Of a stretch of 28,426 bases of DNA, positions 1-8,916 are shown piece after piece; the stretch's first letter is position 1; every line of letters begins with the position of its first letter. Both the position numbers and the translations under genes were made by a program. Source of the stretch: a virus (taxonomy: Duplodnaviria > Caudoviricetes); IMG/VR virus record IMGVR_UViG_3300024433_000038, positions 1-28,426 of that record; one strand, given 5' to 3'. The notes under the pieces were generated by a model. It saw only the letters and a program-made list of their open reading frames with translations. It did not search any database and was not told where the DNA came from.

Positions 1-79
1 AGAGTTAAAAATAACAATGTAGTTATCAGTGAATATATCAAAGGAAAATCTTAGGATAAAATAATAATAAGGTATTGAT

Positions 80-190
80 ATGAATTACTTGGAATTAACT
101 GACAAGATATGCAAATGGTATTCCGAAGGTCTAACCCAAGAAGAAGTAAAAGAAAAAATAAGAAAAGAAATAGGAAAGATTGCAAGTTAA
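80..190 (+). CDS. small hypothetical protein (36 aa, MNYLELTDKICKWYSEGLTQEEVKEKIRKEIGKIAS)
   Basis: Translated by hand, below the ORF-track cutoff. ATG at 80 is preceded by AAGGT; TAA at 188-190. It follows another + strand frame that ends at TAG 52-54. Confidence 0.5.
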   Translation: MNYLELTDKICKWYSEGLTQEEVKEKIRKEIGKIAS

Positions 191-227
191 TAATATTTAT
201 CATATTAGTTATTAACTTATCAGTTAT

Positions 228-644
228 TTATCTAATCATTCCAACAATCACATCTTTTGAAGGCTTTGTTATTGTTATCCATCCAGCCATAGGGTCTGGC
301 ATTGGCATCTTTTTCAATTTCAATTTAACTTTTAACTTATCCCAAAAGCCTAATTTAATTGGCTTTTCAAGAGGATGATATTTCAAATCCTCAAAAACAA
401 TATTAAAGAAGTAAAATAACTCATTCTGATACTGTAAAAAGAGATGGATTGTTCCACCGTTCTTTTCTATCAGACCTTTCATATCTACGACTGTAATAAA
501 GTGTAAATGTCTAACACTATGTGGGTCATCTAAACCTACGTTTAACGCACCAACAGGAAAAACTCCTTTAAGTGCAATCTTTTTATCCTCGAATAACTTA
601 TCCATTCTTTTTCTATCTATTTTTACTGCATGTAGCAGGTACAC
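228..644 (-). CDS. hypothetical protein, possible diverged paralogue of the repeat unit in 672..1673
   Basis: 138-aa ORF. The start is uncertain: GTG at 644 is far from the GAGGGGAGTGA RBS at 661-671, while an in-frame ATT at 656 is better spaced. Confidence 0.65.
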   Translation of the reverse strand: MYLLHAVKIDRKRMDKLFEDKKIALKGVFPVGALNVGLDDPHSVRHLHFITVVDMKGLIEKNGGTIHLFLQYQNELFYFFNIVFEDLKYHPLEKPIKLGFWDKLKVKLKLKKMPMPDPMAGWITITKPSKDVIVGMIR

Positions 645-671
645 AGGAAACCAAATAAAATCACTCCCCTC

Positions 672-1673
672 TTACAACCATTCTGTATCCCATCCATAAA
701 CTTTTTCTTTTCTGATATTATCATTGATTAAACACACAGGATAATATTTTATACCTTTTGATTTTATTTTTTGTTCTCCTTCATATTCAGAGGGAAATAC
801 AGGTTTAACTTTTCCAAGAATAAAACTGCAAATACCTGCAAAAATCATAAAAGGAATACTTACAATATTAAGTCCATTGTAAAACTGGTTTTTAACTCCT
901 TCAATCATTTCGCGGGGAAATTGCAAATCCCATGCACAAATCAATCTAATCTCTGCTTTCTCAGCTAAACATGCAATAACATTATTCACACTTGGAAGCC
1001 AACCCTCTAATTTTATATAATACTTATTTCCATGTTTGAAAAATACATCGATTTCTACCTCTTTTCTTAGAAATAGGTCAGGGTATTTGCCCTTTTTATA
1101 CATAAAATCATCAAAATGCTTATTGTCATCTCGTGGAACTACTGTTAAAAATTGTACTCCAAGCACATTACCACCACGTTTGCCACTAAATTTCTTATTA
1201 TTTATCTCGTTAATCCACAAATTAATACCATCAAAAATTCCTTCAGTAATAAACAGTAATTTATATCTGTCATTATTTTCAACAAGACATAATGGCATTA
1301 CTCTCATAGTTCTTTGGAAAACCTCTTGCCCTTTAATCACTCTTGGGTTTTCATAAGGAATAATCTTCTTATTAAATATTCCAATTATACTAACAAAAAA
1401 CCTCACTATTCTAAATAGCATTGCTCGTTTGAATGGAGCTACTTTGTCTTTATAAGAATTACACAAATTATTGTGAAAGTTTATCTCTGTTTCGTCGTGT
1501 GAAAATTCATTTATTACTGTTTGATAATCTTCTTTTGGAAAATCATAACCCCACATTTGCACAGGTCTAAGTCTGCAAACCCCACGACCGCCTGAAAAAG
1601 AGAATCTGTCTATTGCAAAAAACCATTGTTTTATTACTCTATGAGGAATTAGATTTAAAAAAATCAAATGCAT
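672..1673 (-). CDS. hypothetical protein with an internally repeated domain
   Basis: 333-aa ORF. Similar segments recur: RPVQMWGYDFPKE / RLICAWDLQFPRE and RVMPLCLVENND / KYYPVCLINDN. Confidence 0.8.
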   Translation of the reverse strand: MHLIFLNLIPHRVIKQWFFAIDRFSFSGGRGVCRLRPVQMWGYDFPKEDYQTVINEFSHDETEINFHNNLCNSYKDKVAPFKRAMLFRIVRFFVSIIGIFNKKIIPYENPRVIKGQEVFQRTMRVMPLCLVENNDRYKLLFITEGIFDGINLWINEINNKKFSGKRGGNVLGVQFLTVVPRDDNKHFDDFMYKKGKYPDLFLRKEVEIDVFFKHGNKYYIKLEGWLPSVNNVIACLAEKAEIRLICAWDLQFPREMIEGVKNQFYNGLNIVSIPFMIFAGICSFILGKVKPVFPSEYEGEQKIKSKGIKYYPVCLINDNIRKEKVYGWDTEWL

Positions 1674-1723
1674 ACAGTAAAATACATAGTAAAATATTTA
1701 TGCTTTACCATGTATTTATATGC
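1674..1723. promoter_or_regulatory. divergent promoter region with a 14-bp inverted repeat
   Basis: AAATACATAGTAAA (1680-1693) and TTTACCATGTATTT (1704-1717) are 13/14 complementary. They flank an AT-rich TATA-like core (ATATTTATG) between back-to-back ATGs at 1673 (-) and 1724 (+). Confidence 0.6.
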
Positions 1724-2038
1724 ATGGAGAAAGTTCTAGCAAATAATTACTCTTTCAATCCTGAAAATAATTATCTCAAAGAAAACAGAAAATTCCAAAT
1801 ATGTTGGGGGTTGATAAAGTTAGACAGAAAGTTTCAAACTGATTTAAAATTCTCTGAATTTGATTATCATATTGATGTATATGATATGACTGAAAACATT
1901 GTATATATAATAATATTAGATTCTGAACGGGGCAAATATCCAAAATATGTCTCATCCAAATACTTTAATGTTGTTTTGGAAAAGATTAAACTTCCAACAC
2001 CACAACAAAGATTCGGATTAAGCAGAAGAAGAGGTTAG
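1724..2038 (+). CDS. hypothetical protein (104 aa)
   Basis: The track ORF is 1613..2038. I moved the start to ATG 1724 (MEKVLANNY), which removes the overlap with the divergent gene and lies about 25 nt downstream of TATTTA. Confidence 0.7.
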   Translation: MEKVLANNYSFNPENNYLKENRKFQICWGLIKLDRKFQTDLKFSEFDYHIDVYDMTENIVYIIILDSERGKYPKYVSSKYFNVVLEKIKLPTPQQRFGLSRRRG

Positions 2039-2041
2039 TTT

Positions 2042-2263
2042 ATGAGTTCAATGGGAGAATGGGAAGTAAAACATTGTTGCTATTGCGGGATTCTGATAAA
2101 ACCCCCGTGGATGATTGATATGTATGTCATAAACTGGACAAAACAAGTAAGGCAAGACCCAGATGGAAGAAAACTTTTCGGCACAAAAGTACCAAAAGAA
2201 AGAGTATGCAGAAGATGCTATTTCAATGAATACAAAACAAATATTATAGGACAAAAAAGGTGA
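2042..2263 (+). CDS. small Zn-finger protein
   Basis: CCYCG...CRRC motifs; GAGG RBS upstream; 3 nt after the previous stop. Confidence 0.75.
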   Translation: MSSMGEWEVKHCCYCGILIKPPWMIDMYVINWTKQVRQDPDGRKLFGTKVPKERVCRRCYFNEYKTNIIGQKR

Positions 2264-2268
2264 TAATT

Positions 2269-2427
2269 ATGGTATGTAATGAATGTAAAAAAGATGTTAT
2301 TTGTGAACTAGAAGCTGAGATGAGATGTGGATATAGTTTAATAGACCACAGCGTGATAAAAGTAAATCTTTACAAAGGAATTAACGAAGGTTTAAAACTT
2401 GCAATAGCAAAAATAAGAAAAATGTAA
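2269..2427 (+). CDS. small Cys-rich hypothetical protein (52 aa, MVCNECKKDVICELEAEMRCG...)
   Basis: Translated by hand, not in the track. AGGTGA RBS before ATG 2269; TAA at 2425-2427. Confidence 0.7.
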   Translation: MVCNECKKDVICELEAEMRCGYSLIDHSVIKVNLYKGINEGLKLAIAKIRKM

Positions 2428-2441
2428 AAAAAGAAAAAGAG
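2426..2441 (-). terminator. oligo-T terminator candidate ending the late operon
   Basis: The minus strand reads CTCTTTTTCTTTTTTT immediately after the 2442 stop, where convergent genes meet. Confidence 0.45.
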
Positions 2442-2741
2442 TTATTTCTTTTTCTTAAATTTATCGGAAATATTCACTGCGAAATTAATCGCTTTCTTTG
2501 CTGATGTCGAAGCACCTATTGCTGTTAATGCCAATGCAATAGTTTCAATGTCTATTCCTGCATTTTGAACAAACATTATAGCAACACCACCCAAAAACAT
2601 AGTAACAGCAAAGTTTGTGGGTTCAAAAACCACTTTATTATCTTCGCTCTTATTGTTTTGGTATGATACAAGACCATATATTCCTGCACCAAAAGCACCG
2701 ACTAAAAACGATATTCCCCAAGTTAATAACATATCTTCCAT
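2442..2741 (-). CDS. holin-like membrane protein
   Basis: 99 aa with 2-3 hydrophobic helices and a basic C-terminus (KFKKKK). Last gene of the tail operon; GAGGTG RBS. Confidence 0.6.
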   Translation of the reverse strand: MEDMLLTWGISFLVGAFGAGIYGLVSYQNNKSEDNKVVFEPTNFAVTMFLGGVAIMFVQNAGIDIETIALALTAIGASTSAKKAINFAVNISDKFKKKK

Positions 2742-2752
2742 ATCTTAACACC

Positions 2753-3463
2753 TCATGCAAATGGTTTCCATCTGTATTTTGTTATATCTGTAGCTGGTAA
2801 GAACTCACAGTCGTCTTGGGCTAAATGAAGTAAAAATTCTTCAATTTCTGCATCAGCAATCCTGTTATCAATTAACCATTTATCAGCAAAGTCCTTATCT
2901 GTCCATACTGTCTGTCTCCAAAGTTCATGTAAACCTGCTCTGAAACCTACACCTTTTTCATCCATTAAGAACTGTTGTCCATGTTCTTTGATTAAAAAAG
3001 CATATTGCTTTCTCCATTGTGCAGATAGAGCTTCATAACAATAAACCTCTGCATATCTATGGTCTATTTTGTTCCATAATCTCTGTATCTTTTCTTCAGT
3101 TAGTTCAGCTGCTTTTGCTGTACCAGAAGAACCATATGCAGCAATATATGGAGAGAACTCAGGATGTATCAAATTAAGCTCCTTCATTCCAGATTCAAAT
3201 TTAGTTTGTTTCAAAATCTGTCCAAGAATCAAATCAAAGGTTCTTTTTAATCGTTCTCCCTTGCTTAATATAGGAATAACTGCAATTTCTTCCATATCTT
3301 CAATTAATTCCTTTACTTCGGATTGAACATATTTAGTTTCCGTTTTAATATACTTGTCAAGTTTCTTGTCTTCTACCTTTATTGGTTTTGGTAATCCTTC
3401 AGCTTTAGGCCATTTGCCCAATAGTTTTAGAATCCCTATCCATATTTTTTCTAAGAAATCCAT
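2753..3463 (-). CDS. hypothetical protein with an amphipathic N-terminal helix
   Basis: 236-aa ORF with GGTG RBS. N-terminus is MDFLEKIWIGILKLLGKW; no catalytic motif recognised. Confidence 0.8.
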   Translation of the reverse strand: MDFLEKIWIGILKLLGKWPKAEGLPKPIKVEDKKLDKYIKTETKYVQSEVKELIEDMEEIAVIPILSKGERLKRTFDLILGQILKQTKFESGMKELNLIHPEFSPYIAAYGSSGTAKAAELTEEKIQRLWNKIDHRYAEVYCYEALSAQWRKQYAFLIKEHGQQFLMDEKGVGFRAGLHELWRQTVWTDKDFADKWLIDNRIADAEIEEFLLHLAQDDCEFLPATDITKYRWKPFA

Positions 3464-3473
3464 AATAACACCA

Positions 3474-4250
3474 TTAACCTGTATATTCCAATATTGTTCT
3501 GGCAGTCATATTTTCTACTACAACTTTTCCTTTTTCTCCACTGGCTGTACCAGTACCCCCAGCGGATTTATATGTCATTCCTGCACTTGTTAATGCTCCA
3601 TAACAAATCCAGCCATAACCACCAGCTCCACCGCCACCATCCTGTCCTGCAACAGAGGTAGCATTAGCTCCACGTACATCTATGATTGAACTTGCACCAA
3701 ACACCAAAGTTTTTGCAAAGAGCATAAATCCCCCACCGCCTTTTCCACCAGTCCCACCAGCATTAGAACCGTTATGAGTTCCACCACCGCCACCAGAACC
3801 GCATGGAGCAAATCTAAAAGGTGAATTTACACCAATTAAAGTGCATGATGTTCCGCCAGCACCTGAGCTATCACCACCATCTCCACCAAAGAAAGGTGAA
3901 TCGTGTCCCTGCTCTCCTAGTTGGCTTGTCAAAGAACCACCATTCCCACCTTTACACCCAAGACCAAACAATCCAATAGTCCCGTTGAGTGTGAATGTAC
4001 CATCACAAAATATTATCAATGGATTATTATTTGATGATTTTGTAATTGCTCCGCCTGAAGCAATAGTTACCGAAGTATAGTGTTTTACACCGAATAAGGT
4101 CGTTGTGGAAGATGCAGCAACTCCAAGAGTGCCATCAGACCCACTACCCCAGAAATCCTTATTATTTATAATGAACCATCCTAATCCATTAGTATCTATT
4201 GCATTTAAAACCGAATCCGTCGTTCGTGGCCAACTATTTCCGCTCATCAT
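3474..4250 (-). CDS. glycine-rich tail fibre / receptor-binding protein
   Basis: Repeated GGxGG runs (GSGGGGG, GGTGGKGGGG, GGGGAGG) typical of glycine-rich fibres; lies after the tail-tip genes. Confidence 0.7.
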   Translation of the reverse strand: MMSGNSWPRTTDSVLNAIDTNGLGWFIINNKDFWGSGSDGTLGVAASSTTTLFGVKHYTSVTIASGGAITKSSNNNPLIIFCDGTFTLNGTIGLFGLGCKGGNGGSLTSQLGEQGHDSPFFGGDGGDSSGAGGTSCTLIGVNSPFRFAPCGSGGGGGTHNGSNAGGTGGKGGGGFMLFAKTLVFGASSIIDVRGANATSVAGQDGGGGAGGYGWICYGALTSAGMTYKSAGGTGTASGEKGKVVVENMTARTILEYTG

Positions 4251-4270
4251 AACACCTCATTTTATCACCA

Positions 4271-4672
4271 TTAAGTTACTCCATGTACGAGTTCTAATAT
4301 TATTTCTACCTTACTGTTTTTAGCTATACCTGTAAAAACATCATGTGTATATACTGTTGCGGTTGTATCTGTACCTAATTCTATACATTCGCTTATTGTA
4401 TTTCCGTTTGCCTGCGAAGCGGATATTTGCCCTCTGGTAGTTACTTCGTTATTTACTTCATCAACTGAAGGATAACCTGAAAGAAATGCTTTTGTATCTG
4501 CACCAGCGTTCCATGCAGTAATAGTTGTTTCCAGACTTACATTTGCTTTTGCAGGTGTTGTTGTTCCTGTTCCTATCCCAAACAAAGTTGCTTGTGCTTT
4601 TACTGTTCCATACATTCTGTATAAAGTATTGTTCAACCCATCGTTTGTAAAAACTGCTCCTGCTGCACACAT
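4271..4672 (-). CDS. tail tip / fibre-attachment protein
   Basis: FTNDGLN...FGIGTGTTTP...ANGNTISECIELG resembles the N-terminal domain of tail-collar fibre proteins. ATG 4672 follows an AGGTGA RBS; the track's GTG 4681 lies inside that RBS. Confidence 0.65.
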   Translation of the reverse strand: MCAAGAVFTNDGLNNTLYRMYGTVKAQATLFGIGTGTTTPAKANVSLETTITAWNAGADTKAFLSGYPSVDEVNNEVTTRGQISASQANGNTISECIELGTDTTATVYTHDVFTGIAKNSKVEIILELVHGVT

Positions 4673-4681
4673 AGTAATCAC

Positions 4682-6640
4682 CTAATACGTTTTTGTATAT
4701 TTTAATATATCCCCACTTTTACGACTTCCAAAGCCATTTAAAGCGATAACCGAACCTGTACCTATTGTATTGTAATCAAGTATAAATTCCACTCCAGTTG
4801 TTCCTATTTCAAATCTTTCATAATCTACTGCTGTCCAGTCAGGAGTTCCAGTAACAGTTGCACTTGTCAATGGAAATAAAATATAATTATAACCTGTTTC
4901 TGCAAAATCCAATGCACTTTCCCCATAGCATCTTCCAATAACTTCGGCATAATCAGATGCACTTGAACCTATACGAACTATTGCACCGACTATATCAGCA
5001 GTACTGATAACATAAGCCCACAATCCAACCATTCCACTTGTAGGAGTTCCTGAAGCCAAACCTGAATATCTGCTTAAATCCCCAAGAGATTGTGTGGTTG
5101 TTATAGTAACAGTAGTACCAGTTGGAATAACTCCCATACTTGCAGAGCCAGCGATTGTTTGGGTTGTGTTTGAATATATATTCCCACCGCTTGCACTCCA
5201 ACTCCCAACTCCACTATTAAATTCTTCTAACTGTTCACCGCGCCCTAGAACTCCATTGTCAGCATGGCCAAGAATAAAACTATCATTTAGTTTATTTGTA
5301 TATATGTTTAATGTTTTTCTTGCTAATGTTATATTTGCACCTGCCTGAACTAAGGTAGGAACAATATCAATATCTCTGTTTTCTTCATCTTCCATGCGTT
5401 TTAATCTTTCTTCAATGGAAGCATAATATAATGGACTTTCAAATGGTCTGTCTCCAACCTCTATTAAATCAAAATTCAAAGGCCACTGTTGTGTGAACCT
5501 GAAAATATTATAATTTTTATTTCTTTCTGTATTTATAGCATCACTTATAGGTATTGATTCTCCTACCTTTATACCAAATGTATCATGTTTTGCTACCTTT
5601 AATCTTGCACGTACAAACGGATTCTTATTCTTTGAAACTTTGCTTTTTACCCTTGTTACTGCATCATCAAAGTTACGTGTATCAAGATATGTGATTGTTT
5701 TTTGTTTTGTGCCATAGGTTGCTATTGAAACATCATCACTTGAACGAATAGGAATTGGCACATTATATGAATATCTTATTGTTACTGTACTTGCTGGAGA
5801 CGCATCCAAAGTAACAAGTTTATTTATTTTATCGACTGTATAATCTGGACTTGTTGTAACACTTGTTATTCCCCCTTTTAATATAGTTGTCCCGTCCAAA
5901 ACAATCAAATCTTCGGGAGTATTAATAAGAAGCAATGTCTGTGAACTTGAAGGAAAATATTCCTCTGTTTGTACTAATTGTTTTGCACCTCTGAGAGTAA
6001 GTTTGTTTATCATATCCATTCTTTCTTCTTCCCATTTTGGTTTCTCTGTAATGTGAGTTCCTACAATTAAAGTATTTGAATTTACACCATAACCAGTTGG
6101 TTCAAAATAAACATAACCAGTATCAGCTCTGTAATAAAATTGATAATCAACTATCTCTGCTAATTTCTTACATCTCTCATATAATGAAGAATCATTGCAT
6201 ACAAACATATCCAGAGTTTTAGTTGTATTTTGTAATGTAGCTGATGTCATTGTTAAATTTCCATATGCTACAACTAAATCATAGAATATATTACTTATCA
6301 ATCCTGCATCTTTGTCAGTATCAACATAAACTTTGGTAACTTCTGTATCTACTAAACTTTTTAATACATCATTGCATTTTATTGTTACATTTCCACCAGA
6401 GGTTTCAAATGTTTCAATAGTTCCATTAAACTTTTTATCTGTTGGGTCTGTGATAGAACCAGTAAAAGAACGCCATATCTCAACTGTTTGATTAATAGCC
6501 AATGTAACATCATCTTCAACTTTCTTAACTAATTCTAATTTACATGAAGTGATATTATTTCCATAGGTAGATTCCACACTGACAGAACGTATTCGAGTGG
6601 TTACAGTTATCCCTGCTATATCTACCCTTATCAATGCCAT
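4682..6640 (-). CDS. tail tip / baseplate hub (Tal/gp27-like) protein with a C-terminal beta-rich domain
   Basis: 652 aa. KKFNGTIE...IKCNDVL, LAEIVDYQFYYRADTGYVYF and SIATYGTKQKTI patterns are typical of hub proteins; lies downstream of the TMP and Dit-like genes. Confidence 0.7.
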   Translation of the reverse strand: MALIRVDIAGITVTTRIRSVSVESTYGNNITSCKLELVKKVEDDVTLAINQTVEIWRSFTGSITDPTDKKFNGTIETFETSGGNVTIKCNDVLKSLVDTEVTKVYVDTDKDAGLISNIFYDLVVAYGNLTMTSATLQNTTKTLDMFVCNDSSLYERCKKLAEIVDYQFYYRADTGYVYFEPTGYGVNSNTLIVGTHITEKPKWEEERMDMINKLTLRGAKQLVQTEEYFPSSSQTLLLINTPEDLIVLDGTTILKGGITSVTTSPDYTVDKINKLVTLDASPASTVTIRYSYNVPIPIRSSDDVSIATYGTKQKTITYLDTRNFDDAVTRVKSKVSKNKNPFVRARLKVAKHDTFGIKVGESIPISDAINTERNKNYNIFRFTQQWPLNFDLIEVGDRPFESPLYYASIEERLKRMEDEENRDIDIVPTLVQAGANITLARKTLNIYTNKLNDSFILGHADNGVLGRGEQLEEFNSGVGSWSASGGNIYSNTTQTIAGSASMGVIPTGTTVTITTTQSLGDLSRYSGLASGTPTSGMVGLWAYVISTADIVGAIVRIGSSASDYAEVIGRCYGESALDFAETGYNYILFPLTSATVTGTPDWTAVDYERFEIGTTGVEFILDYNTIGTGSVIALNGFGSRKSGDILKYTKTY

Positions 6641-7014
6641 TATCCGTCAGTACCCTCCGTCATTACAATCGTATAATCAACTGCTAATAAACCGCTTTCT
6701 TCTATTGCATAAGAACCTGATATAGAATTTACTTTTACGCTCGCTGAACTTATCAGAAAACCTGCATATTTTATTGTTGCTGACTGGTCTCCGCTTATCT
6801 TTGCTTCCAAAGCTGCGTAATTAGTAATCAAAGTTGCTGTTGTAGTAGCTACTAATGTTCCGTTAATTGTAATCGTTCTTAATGCACCATTATAATCAAA
6901 GATTAATGCTCCCGTGCTGTCAGTTAATGGCATAGTAAAAACATCTATATTTCCATCCTTAGATGGTGTTTCCTTCCATACACTTCCTAAATCAGTTCCT
7001 CCTAAAGTTGCCAT
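6640..7014 (-). CDS. distal tail (Dit-like) / tail initiator protein
   Basis: 124 aa with DYNGALRTITINGTL, a tube-fold-like pattern. Lies between TMP and hub, with a TAATG overlap into the hub gene. Confidence 0.6.
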   Translation of the reverse strand: MATLGGTDLGSVWKETPSKDGNIDVFTMPLTDSTGALIFDYNGALRTITINGTLVATTTATLITNYAALEAKISGDQSATIKYAGFLISSASVKVNSISGSYAIEESGLLAVDYTIVMTEGTDG

Positions 7015-7020
7015 TATTTT

Positions 7021-7254
7021 TCACCTTTCAGGTTTGATTATCTCGAGCAAGTAATCAGATTGAAGTCTCATTTCTTTGTATTTCAGATGTTCTGTTTTCA
7101 TATTTCTTTTATAGATTTCTTCGGTTATTTTTGTAAGTTTTTCAATCTTATCACATTGCTCTTTATTTGTTACATCTATGGCTCGGATTAATTCTTTCAG
7201 TAATGCATTTGTAAATTGCAAATCACGCCTTAACTCGCTAAACTCCCTGTCCAT
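7021..7254 (-). CDS. small coiled-coil hypothetical protein
   Basis: 77-aa helical, charged ORF overlapping the TMP 3' end; fills the gap before the Dit-like gene. Confidence 0.65.
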   Translation of the reverse strand: MDREFSELRRDLQFTNALLKELIRAIDVTNKEQCDKIEKLTKITEEIYKRNMKTEHLKYKEMRLQSDYLLEIIKPER

Positions 7255-8914
7255 ATGGTAACACTCTCCTTAATTCATATTGTAATTCTCTGCCAATATC
7301 CCTGACTAAATCTCTTGTATTTGATGAGTTAGAATAAACATTTATAGCACCAATACTTACTCCCCCGCCACCACCGCCTGTTCTGCGTGATGCTGGTATA
7401 ACTTCCTCTCCTTTATGCATCATATACATACCAGTTGAAGGAATATTTCCACCTGCTTGGTATCCATTTCTTTTAAGCCATTGACTTGCATAACTTTCTG
7501 GAACATCCATTATTGCATCGTTTAATTGTGTTATTTTTGCTATTCTATTTGCATCTGTTGTTCCAACGTTTTGTACTATAGTTTCAATAACTCTATCAGC
7601 AGCTGGGTCTATCATATACGGTTTTATTTCTTTCAGTGCAGGTGCTATTGCTTTTAATCCTCCAACTGGAGTAACTGTTCCAGTGTAACCACCTCCAATA
7701 CCAGCGGAAGGTGGCATACCCATAGGTGTACCTGAAGTTGTTACACCTACATTACCAGGTAATCCAGGAGTTGTTGGAGCTGCAACACCACCACCATGTG
7801 CAATATCTCTTAAATCTTTCATCTCTTGTTCAAATGCTTCCAATGCAGGTATAAGTTCGGTTATTGTTAATGTTTTTATTTGTGTTAATGCTTCTTCCAG
7901 AGAACCCTTACCAATAATTGTAGCTTTTAATAAATTAGAAGCATTTTGTATTGAGGTATATGCAGCAGAAAATTGACCTGAAATAATAACCATTTTTGCC
8001 CCTAATGATAAATCCATATCATTGGCTGCCGATATCATTGCATTTTTACCAGCAGTTGCTATATATAAAGCACTTTCAACCATTACTCCAAATTCATAAT
8101 CTAAACTATAAGCAGCCTTTTTAACTAATTCATCAACAAACGATAAACTAATAGCTAGATTATTGTTTGCTGTTGTAACCGATGAAGAATCCATTAGATA
8201 TTGTTGAAAAGAACGTATTACCGCAGTTGTTCCAGCTTCCATAGCACCAAATTCTAATGATGCAAAACCAAGTATATTAGCAAAGAAAACTTTTGCATCT
8301 AATGCAGAAGTCCCTCCTGTAATTGCATCATATATACCACTTAATAATATTGCTACTCCACCTAATGCCAGTAACATAAGTTTAGTCATTAATTCGATTG
8401 GAAACATAGATATTTTCATAACCTGTAATAAAACTTCTGATAAAAGAACTGCTATCATTTTAGCTCCTTCTACCATAACAACACTAAATGCTTCTTGAAC
8501 TCCACCACCACTCTTAAATGCATTTCCTATACCTGTCATCATATTCTTTAGAAATGGTCGCATCATTAAGTTTAATAATTTAGCAACTGGCAAAAGTGTT
8601 CTAATTAATGTTAAAAATACTCCACCAAATATATCTCCAATCGGTTTTAGAATTAAACTTATAATTTTTAATAATGCTTTCATACTGCCAAGAAAAAAAC
8701 CCCACATTTGAGTAACCGCTAATAAAGCACCTACTTTAAGAGCAATATCACCTATACCTTTTGTCATACTTTCCATTGATTTCTCTGTTTTTTTATTTCC
8801 TGATTTTCCACCACCAGAACTACCACCGCCGTTTATACTATCTTCTATCTGTTTAGCGAATTTGCGTATATTCTTAGGTACCAACTCAATTTCTAGACGT
8901 AGTGGTTCTGGCAT
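7238..8914 (-). CDS. tail tape measure protein
   Basis: 558 aa, Ala/Gly/Leu-rich and helical with hydrophobic stretches. C-terminal YQAGGNIPSTGMYMMHKGEEVIPA motif; directly after the frameshifted chaperone. Confidence 0.88.
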   Translation of the reverse strand: MPEPLRLEIELVPKNIRKFAKQIEDSINGGGSSGGGKSGNKKTEKSMESMTKGIGDIALKVGALLAVTQMWGFFLGSMKALLKIISLILKPIGDIFGGVFLTLIRTLLPVAKLLNLMMRPFLKNMMTGIGNAFKSGGGVQEAFSVVMVEGAKMIAVLLSEVLLQVMKISMFPIELMTKLMLLALGGVAILLSGIYDAITGGTSALDAKVFFANILGFASLEFGAMEAGTTAVIRSFQQYLMDSSSVTTANNNLAISLSFVDELVKKAAYSLDYEFGVMVESALYIATAGKNAMISAANDMDLSLGAKMVIISGQFSAAYTSIQNASNLLKATIIGKGSLEEALTQIKTLTITELIPALEAFEQEMKDLRDIAHGGGVAAPTTPGLPGNVGVTTSGTPMGMPPSAGIGGGYTGTVTPVGGLKAIAPALKEIKPYMIDPAADRVIETIVQNVGTTDANRIAKITQLNDAIMDVPESYASQWLKRNGYQAGGNIPSTGMYMMHKGEEVIPASRRTGGGGGGVSIGAINVYSNSSNTRDLVRDIGRELQYELRRVLPYGQGV

Positions 8915-8916
8915 AT

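Noticed and set aside
109-378. 89-aa plus-strand ORF with a basic N-terminus and hydrophobic stretch
   Set aside because: It overlaps both the RBS-supported 80..190 ORF and the minus-strand 228..644 gene; the hydrophobic part derives from AT-rich intergenic DNA.
3474-4250. Diversity-generating retroelement target or repeat array in the Gly-rich fibre
   Set aside because: The CCACC-type repeats simply encode glycine runs. No template/variable repeat pair or reverse transcriptase was seen in the window.
4672-4684. Stop-codon readthrough or recoding suggested by in-frame neighbours (TAG at 4682, TGA at 21226, TAA at 672)
   Set aside because: Three different stop codons are involved, the 4672 gene has its own RBS and ATG, and long genes are uninterrupted under the standard code.
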